From: Escherichia phage JSE
Sequence record: EU863408
Reading direction: 5' to 3' (one strand)
DNA length: 64,000 nt
Shown here: positions 19,097 to 26,950 of the stretch, piece by piece
Layout: each line of letters begins with the position of its first letter
How positions within the stretch are numbered: position 1 is the stretch's first letter
The notes under the pieces: generated by a model
Databases searched by the model: none
Seen by the model: the letters and a program-made list of their open reading frames with translations, nothing else
What the model was told of the DNA's origin: nothing
Translations under genes and position numbers: made by a program

Positions 19097-19264
19097 TTAT
19101 TTGTTAATTTCTGGTGCGTTGCTAGGATAGTAACCTTCTTTAACTCCGAGATATTTCGCAACCATCCCTACAATCTTCTGTGCTACTACAATGTCAAATT
19201 TCAGATAATCTTCGCCGTGGGTTTCAATGATATATGCTTCACATGCTGCTTTAGTCTCGAACAT
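19097..19264 (-). CDS. small protein (55 aa), copy 1 of a duplicated gene
   Basis: MFETKAACEAYII..; about 85 percent nt identity to 22576-22743; not in the ORF track. Confidence 0.45.
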   Translation of the reverse strand: MFETKAACEAYIIETHGEDYLKFDIVVAQKIVGMVAKYLGVKEGYYPSNAPEINK

Positions 19265-19297
19265 TTTGATTCTCCTATTTCGTTTCGGTATGTGTGT

Positions 19298-19326
19298 ATT
19301 ATAGGGGATCGGTGATCCCCTGTCAA
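19298..19326 (-). promoter_or_regulatory. PeSL-type early promoter
   Basis: TTGACA, spacer GGGGATCACCGATCCCC, TATAAT. Confidence 0.6.
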
Positions 19327-19332
19327 CAACTT

Positions 19333-19644
19333 TTAGCGACGGCGACGATGTTTTTTGCGAGTTGCCTTTTTGTATGCTTTATATGCCTTTTTACCGTTTT
19401 TATATGCTTTTTTGGTATATGATTGATTTTTCTTATTGTTTTTGTATGTTTCCCGGTCAGTATTAATTTCGTTACATTCCACGAAACGGTGTCGATGTTC
19501 TTGTGGTATGATCAAACATTTATCATAATTAACCATTTCGTTTTTCGTTGTTTGTGGTTTCTTTGGTGTGTTGTTTGCACTAACAGACCCAGCAAAGAGA
19601 ATGAGTATAGCGGTCATTAACGCAAACATTGTTTTCTTAATCAT
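19333..19644 (-). CDS. secreted basic protein (103 aa)
   Basis: N-terminal signal peptide (..AGSVSA/NN); Lys/Arg-rich C-terminus. Confidence 0.5.
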   Translation of the reverse strand: MIKKTMFALMTAILILFAGSVSANNTPKKPQTTKNEMVNYDKCLIIPQEHRHRFVECNEINTDRETYKNNKKNQSYTKKAYKNGKKAYKAYKKATRKKHRRRR

Positions 19645-19702
19645 AATATTCTCCTTTAGTTTCTGCGGGAGTGTGAATATAACACTCCCTTAATATTTTG
19701 TA

Positions 19703-19984
19703 TTATTCGTGATTAGTTTCGATGTTGTGCATTTTGCACCAGTTCAGCCAATCGCCCAGATCTTGATAGTTAATGCTTTTATCTGCTGCCATCGTTTTTG
19801 TCTTGATACCCATATGTGCGTTATGAGTAAGCATTTTTACAGTGAACTCGATTTTATCGCCTTTAGCTTTAACATCAACCAGTTTGGTCCACTGGCTACC
19901 AGCACCGCGAATGTTCATACCAACGATGTTTCCGATGTATGCTTCTTTGTTTTTCAGGATTTCGGTTGCTTTGATGAATTTCAT
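19703..19984 (-). CDS. hypothetical protein (93 aa)
   Basis: ORF with RBS and upstream PeSL. Confidence 0.45.
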   Translation of the reverse strand: MKFIKATEILKNKEAYIGNIVGMNIRGAGSQWTKLVDVKAKGDKIEFTVKMLTHNAHMGIKTKTMAADKSINYQDLGDWLNWCKMHNIETNHE

Positions 19985-20017
19985 TTTTGATTCTCCAGTT
20001 CGTTTCGGTATGGGTGT

Positions 20018-20046
20018 ATTATGCTATGTTCTTACTTTGGTGTCAA
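20018..20046 (-). promoter_or_regulatory. sigma70-like early promoter
   Basis: TTGACA, 17 nt, CATAAT. Confidence 0.5.
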
Positions 20047-20055
20047 CAACTTTTT

Positions 20056-20325
20056 TTAGATATTTTCAGAAATAAATTTTAAAACTTGACGTAAATGTTT
20101 CTCATCTTTGATGGTAGCCGGAAGTTCTTCTTTTACTTCCTGTGCAAGATAGATATTTCCGTTCCAAGTGAAAGATCCGTCTTCGTTTACTCGATAGCTG
20201 AACATCCACTCGCAATCATTTTCGATTTCATATACACACAGAAGGGTGTAATCGTTAAAGCTATTGATTTCAAGGTCGAAGCCGTGACGTTTTGCAAAGT
20301 TGGTAGTGGTTTTAGTCAGTACCAT
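20056..20325 (-). CDS. hypothetical protein (89 aa)
   Basis: ORF with GGAGAATCAAA RBS. Confidence 0.45.
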   Translation of the reverse strand: MVLTKTTTNFAKRHGFDLEINSFNDYTLLCVYEIENDCEWMFSYRVNEDGSFTWNGNIYLAQEVKEELPATIKDEKHLRQVLKFISENI

Positions 20326-20364
20326 TGTTTGATTCTCCTAAGTGGTATCTCGTCTTGATGGGTG

Positions 20365-20393
20365 TATTATGCTATACACAGGATCTGGTGTCA
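20365..20393 (-). promoter_or_regulatory. sigma70-like early promoter
   Basis: TTGACA, 17 nt, CATAAT. Confidence 0.5.
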
Positions 20394-20416
20394 ATGCCTT
20401 TTTTAAAATTTTATGC

Positions 20417-20442
20417 AATAAAAAAGCCGACGCTAAGGTCGG
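20417..20442 (-). terminator. rho-independent terminator (minus strand)
   Basis: GCCGAC-loop-GTCGGC hairpin followed by T6 on the minus strand. Confidence 0.55.
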
Positions 20443-20454
20443 CTAATAAAATCA

Positions 20455-20759
20455 TTTAGACAAATAATCATTCAGTGCAATCCGGTCGGCGTATGCTGGT
20501 GTTACGTCAATCGCAATCACTTTAACGCGTGCTTTCTTGCGACCTGGGTTTTCTCGTAACCAGTGCTCATGACCGTGAACATTTTATACTGCGATGCTTC
20601 TTCGAAAGTACGGATCGGACAAGGGTAATCAGCGTAAAGGATCTCTAGGTCTTCGGTGATGTAAAAATATACATCATAATTACTGTTCTCTAGTTTAAGC
20701 AGAGACTTTCGGAACATTGGGAGATTTTCGCGGGTAAATTCAAAGATATTATCTTTCAT
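20455..20759 (-). pseudogene. HxHW-family small protein, frame broken at a T4 homopolymer (about 20581-20584)
   Basis: N-terminal 80-aa ORF; family C-terminus VHGHEHW..VKVIAIDVTPAYADRIA continues in another frame. Confidence 0.35.
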
Positions 20760-20783
20760 AGTATTATCCTCAATAGTTGGATG

Positions 20784-20806
20784 AAAAGGGGGGCTTAATG
20801 CCCCGT
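20784..20806 (-). terminator. terminator-like hairpin
   Basis: GGGGCATTAAGCCCC hairpin with a short T tract. Confidence 0.3.
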
Positions 20807-20809
20807 ATA

Positions 20810-21097
20810 TTAAAACAGTCCTTCCTGTACACCGTAGTAGAGTTCATCGCTGATAATTTCATTAATGCGACGGTGTGCATATTCCTGATTTGCGAAGTTG
20901 TCAGCAAGTTCTACTTTAGTTTCGCCATCATGAGTCCATTTAGTGATAACTTTACCATCGGCAAATTTGAAGTTGAACTCTTTAGCTACCGCATCGCGTA
21001 CCAGACGTGCAAACTTATTGTTGCGGATTGCATTGTCGGTTTCGTGTGCAGCGTGAGCGAATTTGTTAACTTTCAGAGTGATAGTAATGTATGCCAT
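20810..21097 (-). CDS. hypothetical protein (95 aa), paralog of 24231-24542
   Basis: Shared motif NAI...R.VR.A.AKEFN.K. Confidence 0.45.
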   Translation of the reverse strand: MAYITITLKVNKFAHAAHETDNAIRNNKFARLVRDAVAKEFNFKFADGKVITKWTHDGETKVELADNFANQEYAHRRINEIISDELYYGVQEGLF

Positions 21098-21143
21098 AAT
21101 TTGATTCTCCTAGTTAGAAAGTGTATCTCGTTTCGACGGGTGT

Positions 21144-21172
21144 ATTATGCTATACACCCGATCCATTGTCAA
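21144..21172 (-). promoter_or_regulatory. PeSL-type early promoter
   Basis: TTGACA, 17 nt, CATAAT; palindrome GGGTGTATAGCATAATACACCC. Confidence 0.5.
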
Positions 21173-21504
21173 CGCCTTTTTATAAAATAATTTTCGATAT
21201 CTTTATGATGTTTTTCTCGTGCTTGGTCTGCCTCGGCTGGCGATACGTTGGAAGCGATAATCTTCACTACTGTTGCACCTTTTTCGGTGTCCGACACCCA
21301 ATGATTATGGAAACCGCTATTATTAAACACTTGATAAGAAAATGATTTAATGTTAGGGAAATTATAAGTGTAATAACGTACCCTTAATTCTGAATCTACG
21401 TATAGATAGATCACCGCACCTAGATAGACCGTCTCACTCGTTCCGTCAACTAACAGTAGAGTATTTCGCAATTCTTCTAAATTGTCTTTTGTAAGAAAAA
21501 TCAT
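21169..21504 (-). CDS. HxHW-family small protein (111 aa)
   Basis: C-terminal FHNHWV..VVKIIASNVSPAEADQARE. Confidence 0.5.
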   Translation of the reverse strand: MIFLTKDNLEELRNTLLLVDGTSETVYLGAVIYLYVDSELRVRYYTYNFPNIKSFSYQVFNNSGFHNHWVSDTEKGATVVKIIASNVSPAEADQAREKHHKDIENYFIKRR

Positions 21505-21518
21505 AGTATAATCCTCAA

Positions 21519-21854
21519 TTAAACCAAATTAACTTTGGTGTTGTGGTGGTTTTCTCGTGCGTCGTCCGCTTCTTCCGGTGTCACGTTACGAGCGACGACA
21601 ATAACACTTGCTGCCTCTCCGTGATGATAGATCTCTACCCAATGGTTATGATTTGCGAATCCGTGTTTTATTGCGTAAGCGAACGGCTTAGACGTCCAGT
21701 AGTAACTATAATATCGTACATTTAGATCGCTATCAATGTACAAATATGTGCTGTCGTTTACATTGCCACTAACAACAAAAACAAGACAATTGCGAAGATC
21801 TGACAATATTTTGTCTGTCAATTTTATAATGTGACTGTTCATAATTAACACCAC
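21519..21854 (-). CDS. HxHW-family small protein (111 aa), tandem paralog
   Basis: C-terminal NHNHWV..VIVVARNVTPEEADDARE; VRYY.Y motif shared with 21169-21504. Confidence 0.5.
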   Translation of the reverse strand: MVLIMNSHIIKLTDKILSDLRNCLVFVVSGNVNDSTYLYIDSDLNVRYYSYYWTSKPFAYAIKHGFANHNHWVEIYHHGEAASVIVVARNVTPEEADDARENHHNTKVNLV

Positions 21855-22060
21855 TCAAGAGTTTTTGAAAACACATCTATCCATTGTTGAGTATATGCGG
21901 TTTCTTTCCATGACACAATACCAGTCGAATAATGGTTTTTGTTTCCAGAAAAGGACGGGCATTTTGATGCATCTTCCATCATCTTTTCGGCGAACTCTGG
22001 TTCGTATACCCGCAGAATCTGTTGATATGCTTTGTATTCTTTAAATTTGCTCATAATCAT
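21845..22060 (-). CDS. hypothetical protein (71 aa)
   Basis: ORF only. Confidence 0.35.
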   Translation of the reverse strand: MIMSKFKEYKAYQQILRVYEPEFAEKMMEDASKCPSFSGNKNHYSTGIVSWKETAYTQQWIDVFSKTLEWC

Positions 22061-22319
22061 TCACTACCTTATCAGCTTCTTTTGTTGTTTTTACATCAAC
22101 TGCGATAACCCGTAAAGGTTCGTCATGGTTCCACCAATGATCGTGAATATCGGCTTGTGATTTATCACCAAAGGAATCACGAATATCATTTTTACATTTA
22201 TAGCTAATGTGACCGTCATAGTCAACATAAAGGTAATTATCGAAAATCGGCGTTTTTAAGATCATACCGAAAAATCTTTCTTTGTGTGTCTTATCCAGTG
22301 TTGCAGTAATTCGCATCAT
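22041..22319 (-). CDS. HxHW-family small protein (92 aa)
   Basis: C-terminal IHDHWW..VIAVDVKTTKEAD. Confidence 0.45.
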   Translation of the reverse strand: MMRITATLDKTHKERFFGMILKTPIFDNYLYVDYDGHISYKCKNDIRDSFGDKSQADIHDHWWNHDEPLRVIAVDVKTTKEADKVVNDYEQI

Positions 22320-22331
22320 AATATATTCCTC

Positions 22332-22511
22332 TTAGAAAGGGATGGTCATTTCTTGAGCTTGTACATTCTCGTTAGGATTAAACTTCATCCAACCGATATT
22401 GTCTACCAGCATATGCACATTTTTATCATATCCTACGTGGGTAGTCAATACTGTATGTGCTTTACCTTCAACGATGATTTCCATGTACTTCTGAACTTCG
22501 ATAGCTTTCAT
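22332..22511 (-). CDS. small hypothetical protein (59 aa)
   Basis: Hand-translated ORF MKAIEVQKYMEII..; GGAGAATCAAA RBS. Confidence 0.35.
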   Translation of the reverse strand: MKAIEVQKYMEIIVEGKAHTVLTTHVGYDKNVHMLVDNIGWMKFNPNENVQAQEMTIPF

Positions 22512-22537
22512 TTTGATTCTCCGTTTGTTGTCTTGAT

Positions 22538-22572
22538 GGGAGTATCTTACTACTCCCTTTAATCATTGTCAA
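22538..22572 (-). promoter_or_regulatory. PeSL-type early promoter
   Basis: TTGACA, 17 nt, TAAGAT within palindrome GGGAGTAGTAAGATACTCCC. Confidence 0.5.
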
Positions 22573-22575
22573 CTA

Positions 22576-22743
22576 TTATTTGTTAATTTCCGGTGCGTTG
22601 CTTGGATAGTAGCCTTCTTTAACACCCAGATATTTTGCAACCATTCCGGTGATCTTCTGTGCTACTACGATATCGAATTTCAGGTAGTCTTCACCGTGGT
22701 TTGCTACAATGTATGCTTCGCATTCTGCTTTAGTCTGGAACAT
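22576..22743 (-). CDS. small protein (55 aa), copy 2 of the duplicated gene
   Basis: MFQTKAECEAYIV..; start at the ATG with GGAGAATCAAA RBS rather than the longer track ORF. Confidence 0.45.
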   Translation of the reverse strand: MFQTKAECEAYIVANHGEDYLKFDIVVAQKITGMVAKYLGVKEGYYPSNAPEINK

Positions 22744-22777
22744 TTTTGATTCTCCTATATCTCGTTGGTATGTGTGC

Positions 22778-22806
22778 ATTATAGGGGATCACCGATCCCC
22801 TGTCAA
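22778..22806 (-). promoter_or_regulatory. PeSL-type early promoter
   Basis: TTGACA, spacer GGGGATCGGTGATCCCC, TATAAT. Confidence 0.6.
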
Positions 22807-22811
22807 CAACT

Positions 22812-23106
22812 TTATAATGCTTTATATGCGTATTTCATAAATTTGTCTGCCACTTCATTGGCATGTTCAGATTCTACGCCTGATTCGAGAACAATAGCTA
22901 GGTCGGTTTCGTCATTCCCGCCGTACCAATGATTTGATGTTCGATTTTTTTCAATTGGAAATTGGTCACTTTTATCTGTGCGACAAAATACATCTAAATG
23001 CTCATCGATGTAAAAGATCCAATCTTCATAAAGAATAACGGGTATTAGCAAGATTTTTATTGCCTTCAACGAAAGGTTCGGCTACAAACAAATTAGTATG
23101 TTCCAT
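22812..23106 (-). pseudogene. HxHW-family small protein, frame broken at a T5 homopolymer (23054-23058)
   Basis: ATG at 23104-23106 with GAGGAAA RBS opens a 26-codon frame that joins the track ORF (SNHWYGG..AIVLESGV) only after a 1-nt correction. Confidence 0.3.
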
Positions 23107-23122
23107 AGTAATTTCCTCAAAA

Positions 23123-23314
23123 TTATACAGCTTCGTAAACTTCCCAATGTCCAACACCAGCACGCTTAACGAAAAGGTTTTCTTTGATGTTATTCATAAA
23201 CGTCTGGATGGATTTAATGCGGTTTGAAGGTTTCCATTCTTCGTTGGAATTGCGGCGATACATAATAACATTACCAGTTCGCTTATATTCAGCAACCATT
23301 TTAAGACAACACAT
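23123..23314 (-). CDS. hypothetical protein (63 aa), ends in GHW
   Basis: ORF; possible truncated family member. Confidence 0.35.
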   Translation of the reverse strand: MCCLKMVAEYKRTGNVIMYRRNSNEEWKPSNRIKSIQTFMNNIKENLFVKRAGVGHWEVYEAV

Positions 23315-23370
23315 AATATTATCCTCAATTTGTGGGAGAGTATTACCCCTCCCGATGTTGTTATATTACA

Positions 23371-23691
23371 TTACACAAAATGGCGTGTCAATGCTTCTTT
23401 TGCGGTTCCGCTAAGACTTTCGATCTCGCCTGGCATAACATCAACCGCCAGAACTTCTACAACATCCTCGGACCCTAACCAGTGAGTATGGCCTTTGTAG
23501 AACTTGATAACCAGACTACCTTCCTCGTCCCATTTAACGCTATCGCTAGCCCACCACACATCACCGTCGATAAAGTTGATGTAAAGCACACTACGCCACA
23601 TTGAATTAATTACTTTCAATACTGCGCCTTTCATCTCTTCCACGGTATGGTCTTCCATTTTGAAGACCTCACCTACCTGAACTTTTGCCAT
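23371..23691 (-). CDS. HxHW-family small protein (106 aa from MAKVQV)
   Basis: C-terminal KGHTHW..VEVLAVDVMPGEIE; start placed 2 nt after the upstream stop. Confidence 0.45.
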   Translation of the reverse strand: MAKVQVGEVFKMEDHTVEEMKGAVLKVINSMWRSVLYINFIDGDVWWASDSVKWDEEGSLVIKFYKGHTHWLGSEDVVEVLAVDVMPGEIESLSGTAKEALTRHFV

Positions 23692-23692
23692 G

Positions 23693-23959
23693 TTACATGC
23701 TCCGAATATGTTTAGCTGCATCTTCCAGTTCGTCGATAGTGACACTGTGTGCCAGTAAGTGTACTGGTTGTGGTTCTTCACCTTCCATAGTATTGATCAG
23801 ATGACCGTTTCCTGGGTGGAATGTATCGTTGCCGTTCCAAATAGCATACACATCATCTTCTGTTACGTAGATAATAAGTCCAATCGGTGATTCTGGTAAT
23901 TGAAAAATTTTACCCACTGCATCTTTGCGATTGTTTACGATATCTTTTACTGTCTTCAT
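23693..23959 (-). CDS. hypothetical protein (88 aa), possible divergent family member
   Basis: ORF; weak resemblance (GNGHLI..VHLLAHSVTIDELEDA). Confidence 0.4.
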   Translation of the reverse strand: MKTVKDIVNNRKDAVGKIFQLPESPIGLIIYVTEDDVYAIWNGNDTFHPGNGHLINTMEGEEPQPVHLLAHSVTIDELEDAAKHIRSM

Positions 23960-23978
23960 TTAGTTACCTCTCGTTAAA

Positions 23979-24158
23979 TTACATCACAATCACGCCAGCC
24001 GTTGAAAGTTGATGTTTCAACTGAGCATTTTCTGCTACTGTCAAATCAATGATTTCTTGTGACGCTGCAATCATATAGCCATTGGTGATATTGTTTTGCA
24101 TCAGTTCAATGGTTTCTTCGTTGTAGCGGATTTTAGCGATGATTTCGTTGAAGTTCAT
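23979..24158 (-). CDS. small hypothetical protein (59 aa)
   Basis: Hand-translated ORF MNFNEIIAKIRY..; GGAGAATCAAA RBS. Confidence 0.35.
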   Translation of the reverse strand: MNFNEIIAKIRYNEETIELMQNNITNGYMIAASQEIIDLTVAENAQLKHQLSTAGVIVM

Positions 24159-24192
24159 GTTTGATTCTCCTAGTTCGTTTCGGTATGTGTGT

Positions 24193-24222
24193 ATTATAGG
24201 GGAGTTTAACCTCCCCTGTCAA
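24193..24222 (-). promoter_or_regulatory. PeSL-type early promoter
   Basis: TTGACA, spacer GGGGAGGTTAAACTCCCC, TATAAT. Confidence 0.55.
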
Positions 24223-24230
24223 CAACTTTT

Positions 24231-24542
24231 TTAAAGTTTTTCCATGATAACGGTCATAATTACATCTTCTGCGCGAGCGGTCAGATTATCAGCGTCAGCA
24301 TGTGGGCGGTTGGTTGTTACAGAGATAACACCGTTGCGCACTGGTTTGATATTGATATCAAGATGATCCGCGAAACGTTCGCCAGTTACAGAATGAATTT
24401 TGGTGTTAAATTCTTTTGCCAGTGCCTTGCGAACTTCACGAATCAGGATAGCGTTTTTCAGTTGGTTCTCCGCGCTCATGGTCTTCTGGGTGTTCATGGT
24501 TCCGTCGAAGTCAATCATTGGCAGCGTTACGATGTATTTCAT
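24231..24542 (-). CDS. hypothetical protein (103 aa), paralog of 20810-21097
   Basis: Shared motif NAI.IREVRKALAKEFN.K. Confidence 0.45.
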   Translation of the reverse strand: MKYIVTLPMIDFDGTMNTQKTMSAENQLKNAILIREVRKALAKEFNTKIHSVTGERFADHLDINIKPVRNGVISVTTNRPHADADNLTARAEDVIMTVIMEKL

Positions 24543-24587
24543 TTTTGATTCTCCGTTTAAGAAAGTGTGTTTCGTTTTGATGTGTGT

Positions 24588-24616
24588 AGTATAGGGGATA
24601 CGTGATCCCCTGTCAA
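24588..24616 (-). promoter_or_regulatory. PeSL-type early promoter
   Basis: TTGACA, spacer GGGGATCACGTATCCCC, TATACT. Confidence 0.55.
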
Positions 24617-24629
24617 CAACTTTTTTGAA

Positions 24630-24974
24630 TTATTTTTTCATGAGCTTAATGGCTTCTTCCATAGCCAGCACATTTCGATAGTTAGGGTATCGTGTTAGAT
24701 CGTCATACATTCGCTTAAGGGTGGAAACTTCCTCAAACTCTGGGTTTTCTAGATACAGTTGAACAAATTGTTTCTCTACCATCTCGGCTTTTAGCTTGTC
24801 TGCTTGTTCCTGTTCATATGATTTCGTTGGACCCAACACCAACAAAATGATAAAGGTGATCAACGGGCTAATGATCAATGATAGGATAACATAACCGATA
24901 ACGCTACGGTTTAAACGGCTTGCGTACATGCCTACCAGGAAAACAAAAAGGATATAGATAAACAGAAAGAACAT
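24630..24974 (-). CDS. membrane protein (114 aa)
   Basis: Two N-terminal hydrophobic helices. Confidence 0.5.
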   Translation of the reverse strand: MFFLFIYILFVFLVGMYASRLNRSVIGYVILSLIISPLITFIILLVLGPTKSYEQEQADKLKAEMVEKQFVQLYLENPEFEEVSTLKRMYDDLTRYPNYRNVLAMEEAIKLMKK

Positions 24975-24981
24975 ATAATAG

Positions 24982-25455
24982 TTACTCCTTATTTTCGCGC
25001 TCGTACTTTTCGAAATAAAATTCTACTGGCTGGTCATGAATTGACAGCAAGCCAAAGCGTTTAGCCGCTCGCAATCCCATATTGCGCTGAATATACTTCT
25101 GGAAGTTCTCGCGTATACACTTACGCCAGTATTCTAAGCCCATACAGCTTTTATAAAGATTGCATTGTACACACGCCGGATTCATGTTATCAAGTATATC
25201 ATGTTCCGGTTTATGCATTCCTACGACCTTATACTTCCACGATCCATCATCATTACGGGCAATTCGTCCATTTTCATCATAGACTACCTTTGAGCGTCGC
25301 AATACTGGTTTGATGTGGTCTGCGTGCCAGCGATCCCCTAGTTCCTCGCCACAATAGGCACAACGTCCACCATATTTCATTTTCAGGATCTGGCGTTGCT
25401 CTTTCTTTGACAATTTTTTAGGTTTAGGGGCTTTCGCCCCTTCATTATCACACAT
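24982..25455 (-). CDS. HNH endonuclease
   Basis: HNH/zinc-finger motifs CAYCGE, WHADHIKP, NMNPACVQCN. Confidence 0.7.
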   Translation of the reverse strand: MCDNEGAKAPKPKKLSKKEQRQILKMKYGGRCAYCGEELGDRWHADHIKPVLRRSKVVYDENGRIARNDDGSWKYKVVGMHKPEHDILDNMNPACVQCNLYKSCMGLEYWRKCIRENFQKYIQRNMGLRAAKRFGLLSIHDQPVEFYFEKYERENKE

Positions 25456-26950
25456 CGAATACCTCTTTTACTGTATTTGCAGTGGTCTTGTCGTAGCGAA
25501 TACGTTTGATGATTGGGAGAAATAAAGAGAACTCCGGTTCATCTTCTTTACGTGATTTGCTGCGGATATACCCGTTGCATGTCATCTCAATGACTTTTCC
25601 AATCAGGTTATGACGGTCAGCCCATAACATTTCTCGGTCGAGTTCATTTCGACGATCGAACGGAATTACACGTTCAGTACCATCATCACCTTTTTCGGTT
25701 GTAGTGTCGGTTAATCCCGATCCGGTGTTAGTCATCATTCGTCCGCACGCACTACGGACAGTAAAACCGCCTACCTTATTGGGGTCTTTACTATGCGGAT
25801 ATACATCAACAATTTCCGCGTCGAAGTCAATCACTTCTTTAAATTTAACCTGATCTTTACTACGGCGATCTTCAAATACACCATGTAAATTTTTAAGGAT
25901 AATACCTTCTAAGCCCATGTTTACATAGCGATGATATACTTCGCGAGCTTCATCTATATTGTTAACTACAGTGTTTTCGATTATCTGAACACGAGGATCG
26001 TTAAGTTCTTCAACAATCTGTTTTAGTTCTTCGAATCGATCTTTATATTGCTTCGTTGCTTTCTCGTTTCCGTAATACACATCACGGTCGATAACATCCC
26101 AGACAGTGTAAACAATACATTGGGCTTCTTCTTTTGGAATAGTTCCTTTCAGTGATTTGTTGAGGATACCATTTACGGTCTGACGATCTGCAACAACGGA
26201 TTCTTTTACTGCTTCCGCTACTGGCGTTAATGGCATTTCCTCTTCTTCAAATATCCATGACAGAGTACCATCATAAACGCTTTCAACGAAGTTCTGCGCT
26301 GGTGTTTGCGAAAGGGTAGGCATATATACCAATTCCCCATCTAGAACAATTCCACGGCCTCGTAGACGCTCTAAAACAGCAAACAAATCATCCAGCCCCT
26401 GATAGGTATTACCTGAACGGGTATAGATTGCTAATGTTTCCCCGTCAATATCAGCCATCCCACGAGCGCCATCGCTTTTAAGTTGTGCATACGCCGGATA
26501 CTTGATATTAGCAATAGTCTTATCAGAACATGACGATGCAAGGTGACACGGTTGCTGGGGGATCAGTTTCTTCCATACCTTGTTTGCAGTGGTAGCTGAA
26601 CAGCCGCATTCCAGATCACGATTCAGGACCATCATTGCAACTTTAGCATCATCCTCTGACAAGCAAGTCAGAGTATCGGTAACTAGCTGTAATGCTGCAT
26701 TACCAGTTACTTGACGCGTGGCAAGTTTATTTTTAAAGACCTGTAATGCACCGGATAAAGACAATACAGACGAATAACGCGATGGTTTATCGTATTTCTT
26801 TACGCCAAACGTAACCTGTTTGCAATATGCCAGATAAAAACATTCTTTCAGTGTTTCATTGCTTGCAGATTCTTTCAGGATCTTTTCTTTCAGCGATGTT
26901 TTGTCTGTTGCTGCAAGCTGGTTAATGATATTAAGAATTGACATTTTCAC
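25448..26950 (-). CDS. 30: ATP-dependent DNA ligase gp30
   Basis: 500 aa; KxDG adenylation motif (QLKSDGARG); size and position as T4 ligase. Confidence 0.9.
   Translation of the reverse strand: MKMSILNIINQLAATDKTSLKEKILKESASNETLKECFYLAYCKQVTFGVKKYDKPSRYSSVLSLSGALQVFKNKLATRQVTGNAALQLVTDTLTCLSEDDAKVAMMVLNRDLECGCSATTANKVWKKLIPQQPCHLASSCSDKTIANIKYPAYAQLKSDGARGMADIDGETLAIYTRSGNTYQGLDDLFAVLERLRGRGIVLDGELVYMPTLSQTPAQNFVESVYDGTLSWIFEEEEMPLTPVAEAVKESVVADRQTVNGILNKSLKGTIPKEEAQCIVYTVWDVIDRDVYYGNEKATKQYKDRFEELKQIVEELNDPRVQIIENTVVNNIDEAREVYHRYVNMGLEGIILKNLHGVFEDRRSKDQVKFKEVIDFDAEIVDVYPHSKDPNKVGGFTVRSACGRMMTNTGSGLTDTTTEKGDDGTERVIPFDRRNELDREMLWADRHNLIGKVIEMTCNGYIRSKSRKEDEPEFSLFLPIIKRIRYDKTTANTVKEVFDV

Noticed and set aside
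22576-22779. Longer N-terminal extensions of several track ORFs (22576-22779, 23371-23781, 17200-17754, 29050-29949, 3426-4943, 30745-31929)
   Set aside because: The extensions overlap upstream genes or begin at non-ATG codons; an internal ATG with a proper RBS, or alignment with the T4 homolog, supports the shorter gene
16900-24620. Possible CRISPR array suggested by the many repeated GC-rich elements
   Set aside because: The repeats are inverted-repeat spacers inside promoters, at irregular intervals of 200-400 nt, each followed by an RBS and an ORF; there are no uniform direct repeats with short spacers
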